64,000 bases of DNA from the human T2T-CHM13v2.0 reference genome, Homo sapiens, in NCBI RefSeq assembly GCF_009914755.1, contig NC_060928.1; one strand, 5' to 3'. Made by a program: the position numbers and the translations under genes. The notes under the pieces were generated by a model. The model made no database searches. It saw nothing but the letters and a program-made list of their open reading frames with translations, and was not told the DNA's origin. Of the stretch, positions 60,187 through 64,000 are shown one piece after another. Within the stretch, counting starts at the first letter, position 1; each line of letters opens with the position of its first letter.

Positions 60187-60981
60187 CAAAAGTGTGTCTC
60201 TTCAGGCGGTGTCTGTGTTTGAATATGGTCTGCTGATCCCTGTCTTTTGAGTATTAATCAATTCACATTTAATGTAATTATTGAGCTACTTATGTCTACC
60301 ACCTTCACATTTGTTTTCTAACTGTCCAACCTGTTTTGTTCCTTTCCCCCCAACTTGTTTATTGCCTTCTTCTAGAGTCATTACTTTAGGTCAATTTCCC
60401 CGCCTCCCACGTATTAGTTATTTAACTCACTGGTTATCTTATGATTGGTATCATTCTTGGTTTATCAAAGTCAAATACAAACAAGTGCTTTCACCCATTC
60501 CCAGTATGCTAGGATTTCAGAATGTGCCAACTCCATTTAACCTTTTCCAGCCTTTTGTGTTATTGTTATTCATCTGAATTTGGCATGTATTTTAAAAGTA
60601 ACCATTGTCTGTGCAATCCATGTTGACTTAGATCCACCTGCACATTTGCCCTCTCTGTTGCTTTCACTCAATGCTTTTTTTTCTTTGTTTCTAACTGACG
60701 TTATCTCCCTTCTGTCTGAAGCCTCTCTTTATTGTTTTTTGTTTGTTCGTTTGTTTTTTCTTTTTTGTTTTTTCTGCAGGTCAACTCACAGCTGAGTCTC
60801 TCCAACCTGGTTCACTAGGAAATGTCTTCATGTTGCTTCATTTGTGAAGATCTTTTGCTGGGTATAGAATTCTGAGCTCACAAGGGGCTTTTTCTTCATC
60901 ACTTTAAAGAAGACCTTGTTTTTGTTGAAGTCAACTGCCGTCTTTTGGTGGCCCCTTTTGTTGCCCGTGTGATATGCCTTC

Positions 60982-61294
<313 letters not shown>

Positions 61295-61829
61295 TGATAT
61301 GCCTTCCTTCTGGAATGGAATGTGTCTGCATTTAACGTTTTCTCTGTCTTTTGTTATCAGCAGCTCCACTGCTAATGTGTGGCTTTCTTCGTGTCCTTCT
61401 TAAGGTTTTTTATGGTTCTTGAATTGGTAGCTTGATATGTTTTCTTCCATTTTGGGAAATTCCCCGCCATGATTTCTTCAAATCCTGTTTCTGTCCCCTC
61501 TTCTCTTCTGAGACCACAGTCCGTGTATGTTTCGCCCTCACATCCTGCCCCATGCTTTTATTATTTTTTTCTCTGCTCTGTGTTTTCCATTCTTTTTGCT
61601 CTCCTCATTTTAGCCTCACTATTTTCTTTTATTCTTAGTCCATTTATGTTGTTATTGCCTCAATATTTTCTACCCCCAGCGCCCACTCCATTATCATTTC
61701 CTGCTCTGCCCCACTGTGAGAACTGGTGAGTCCATTGATCAAGTCCTTCATTTCTGTTTTCAGACTTTTCAGTTCTGCCAATGCTGTTGACTGGTCTTTC
61801 TAGATTCTTCTTATCCCCCATCTTGTAGT

Positions 61830-62260
61830 GGGGACAGGAGCTACTGAAGGAGAAGTAGGACCCGGGGCCCAGATGGGAGTGTCAGGTGCCCTCGGGGGAT
61901 GTGGAAGGGGACACGCGGGGCTGGTGACACCATGCAGGAAGTTTGGAGTGCCGGCAAAGGGGTGAGGCAGGCTGTCTCAGCCTCGATGAATTTGAGGGGC
62001 CAGTGGGACTCCCGGGTGGAAGAGCCCTGGAGGCAGCTGGAGCTGGCAGAATTCAGGAGGGAGGTGAAGTCTGGAGAGAAGGTGAGTTGGCCCCAGGTGA
62101 GCAGGAAGAGTGGGAGGAGCAGGGAGAGCAGGTGGAGGAAGGGAGAGTGAGGAGGAGCAGCCGGGGAGTGGGGGACCAGGACAAGGTGGTGCTTTGGGAA
62201 AGGGAGGGAGGAGAGCGTTTCCCAGCAGAAGTAGGAACTGACAGCGTGAACTGCCACAGA
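61830..62260 (-). mobile_element. L2 remnant
   Basis: TGAATTTGAGGGGCCAGTGGGAC..GGAGGCAGCTGG..CAGGAGGGAGGT. Confidence 0.5.
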
Positions 62261-63080
62261 GGGCTCCCCTGAGATGAGGGCTCCCCTCCCCAGGACACGG
62301 AACAGGGTGGGCCAGGCCAGGAGCCAGGTTTGAAGTTGGCAGTGTTGTCACATGAAAAGGGAGTGGCCAGGGGATGGGGATGCCCCGTAAACAAGAGAGC
62401 AGACCTGGGCTGCCCGTGGGGACCCTGAGCCAAGGCTACCCGGACAAGGACCCGAGCATAGCCGGCAACATCACAGAGCACTTGCCAACAGCTCCTATGG
62501 ATGCCGGTCCTCCAGGGCCCCTCCTGGCCCGGGAATCTGCCCTCTGAGCTGCAGGAACAGCCCCAGGACCCTGGAAGGGAGAGGGCAGTGGAGGCGGGTC
62601 ACACCTGGTCAGGTTTCAAGGGCCAACTGCAAAAGGGCCCTGAGGCTGGGTGGAGGAGCCACAGCCCAGGAAGGCTGCAGGCAGGAAAGGGGTGAGAAGC
62701 CCCTTCCTGAGAGTGGCATTGGCCTCTGGTTGTGAAGTGGTCCAGGGCCAAGGGAAGTTTTTCCCTGGGTGGGGGCAGCACAGGCATCTGTGGTCCCATG
62801 GCTCCCCCCGGCCTTTCACCTGCCTCCGTGGGACACCGGGAAGGTGATTTGCTCCTGCCTGGCTGTGGTTTCTCTTCTCCAAAAATTGGTGAAGGCAAAT
62901 AACATCCACTTAGTCTGCCTCGTGAGATGCCAAATGCAGGAGTCTCCACCTCTGCTAAGGGCTGTGCTCACGTGTGAAGAGTTGCTGCCGCCTGTGTGCA
63001 AAGAGTACAAGAGTTACGGAGACATCAAGGACGGCCACTCCCAGAGGAAGGAGGGTGCATGTGTTCAGCTTTCTTCCCCT

Positions 63081-63250
63081 CCACACACCACACACCACGT
63101 GTACAGGCATGTGTGTATGCACATAGCACAGACCATGCACACATTCACTTATACACTCATACGCACAGGTACACACATACATTTGCACACAGACCTATAC
63201 CTGTGCACATGCACACATTGACACATACATACACCCGCACCTGCACACTC
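63081..63250. repeat. CA-rich low-complexity tract
   Basis: Degenerate (CA/TG)n. Confidence 0.8.
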
Positions 63251-64000
63251 AGGAAAGTCTCCTTTCTTTGCAGACACCCTGGCCCTGTCGCTGGTCCCTG
63301 GCAGCCCGGGCCTCTTACCCAGTCCTCTTCTCCACTCTTAATGCAAACACTTTCAAAATGAAGGAAAGGAGATATTTTTTTCTAAACACTTAAAATCCAA
63401 TTTTAAAAAATCAATGGTCCACTTAATCAGCTGCAGCCCTGGGGCGGGCAGGGCAGGCGGGGGAGCACTTGTGTTTCGTCCTGTGCATCTCAGGCTCTGT
63501 GGCTTCCTCCTAAGGCAGAACCACAAGCTTGGGTTCCTCCTGACACTGCCCTCCAATGGAGGTAGCAGGGGTTAACTGGCCTCCCCGAAGTCACAGGCCT
63601 TCTCCCTATTCCCTCTTATCGGGTGGATGACTCCAACATCCCCAGATCTGCTTCCCCAGGGAGCCCAGGTCAAGTACCTCCTCCACCAGGAAGTCCTCTT
63701 GGACTGTTCCAGGCAAGTCCCCTCCCTTGCACTCCTGGCCAAGTGCTCCTTCCTGTCCCAGGATGACCACACATCCCCATGCTCTCAGGGCAGGACTGGT
63801 GGCCTGCAGCTGCCCCAGCCTATGTGTTAACAGCGTCCCCATTAGGATGACAGATCCAATGGACACTCTGCTTCCCCACACTGCCACTTCCTCCTTCACT
63901 CTCCCAGGATGTGGTCACCATCGGTGCTGGGCCAGGCTCTGTGCTGGTCTCTGGGCCATGGGGAGGAACAAGACAGTTGTAGGAGACACTCAGGTCTGTG

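Overview
This is primate (human-like) nuclear DNA, not prokaryotic. It is a GC-rich, repeat-dense non-coding window with no protein-coding gene, rRNA, tRNA or CRISPR array that I can support. The supplied ORFs look like chance frames, Alu translations or microsatellite translations. It holds about 28 Alu/FLAM copies, several decayed L1 bodies, MaLR LTRs (MLT1, MST, THE1), two ERV1 solo LTRs (MER65-like, MER66-like), DNA transposon fossils (MER2, MER5A, MER58A), L2/MIR remnants, five minisatellites and long microsatellites. The most notable unexplained structure is (i) short AT-rich unique islands sharing a homeodomain/Pbx-Hox/Meis/Sox motif grammar, suggesting a dispersed developmental enhancer cluster; (ii) a homogeneous 49-bp CpG-rich VNTR whose unit is a hairpin of inverted MRE-like cores; (iii) a locally GC/CpG-enriched stretch of old L1 containing a CTCF-like site; and (iv) nested insertions whose order can be read from target-site duplications (TSDs). 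Repeat family names come from recalled consensus sequences, not alignments, and boundaries of old elements are approximate. I cannot identify the locus and see no convincing new biological system.
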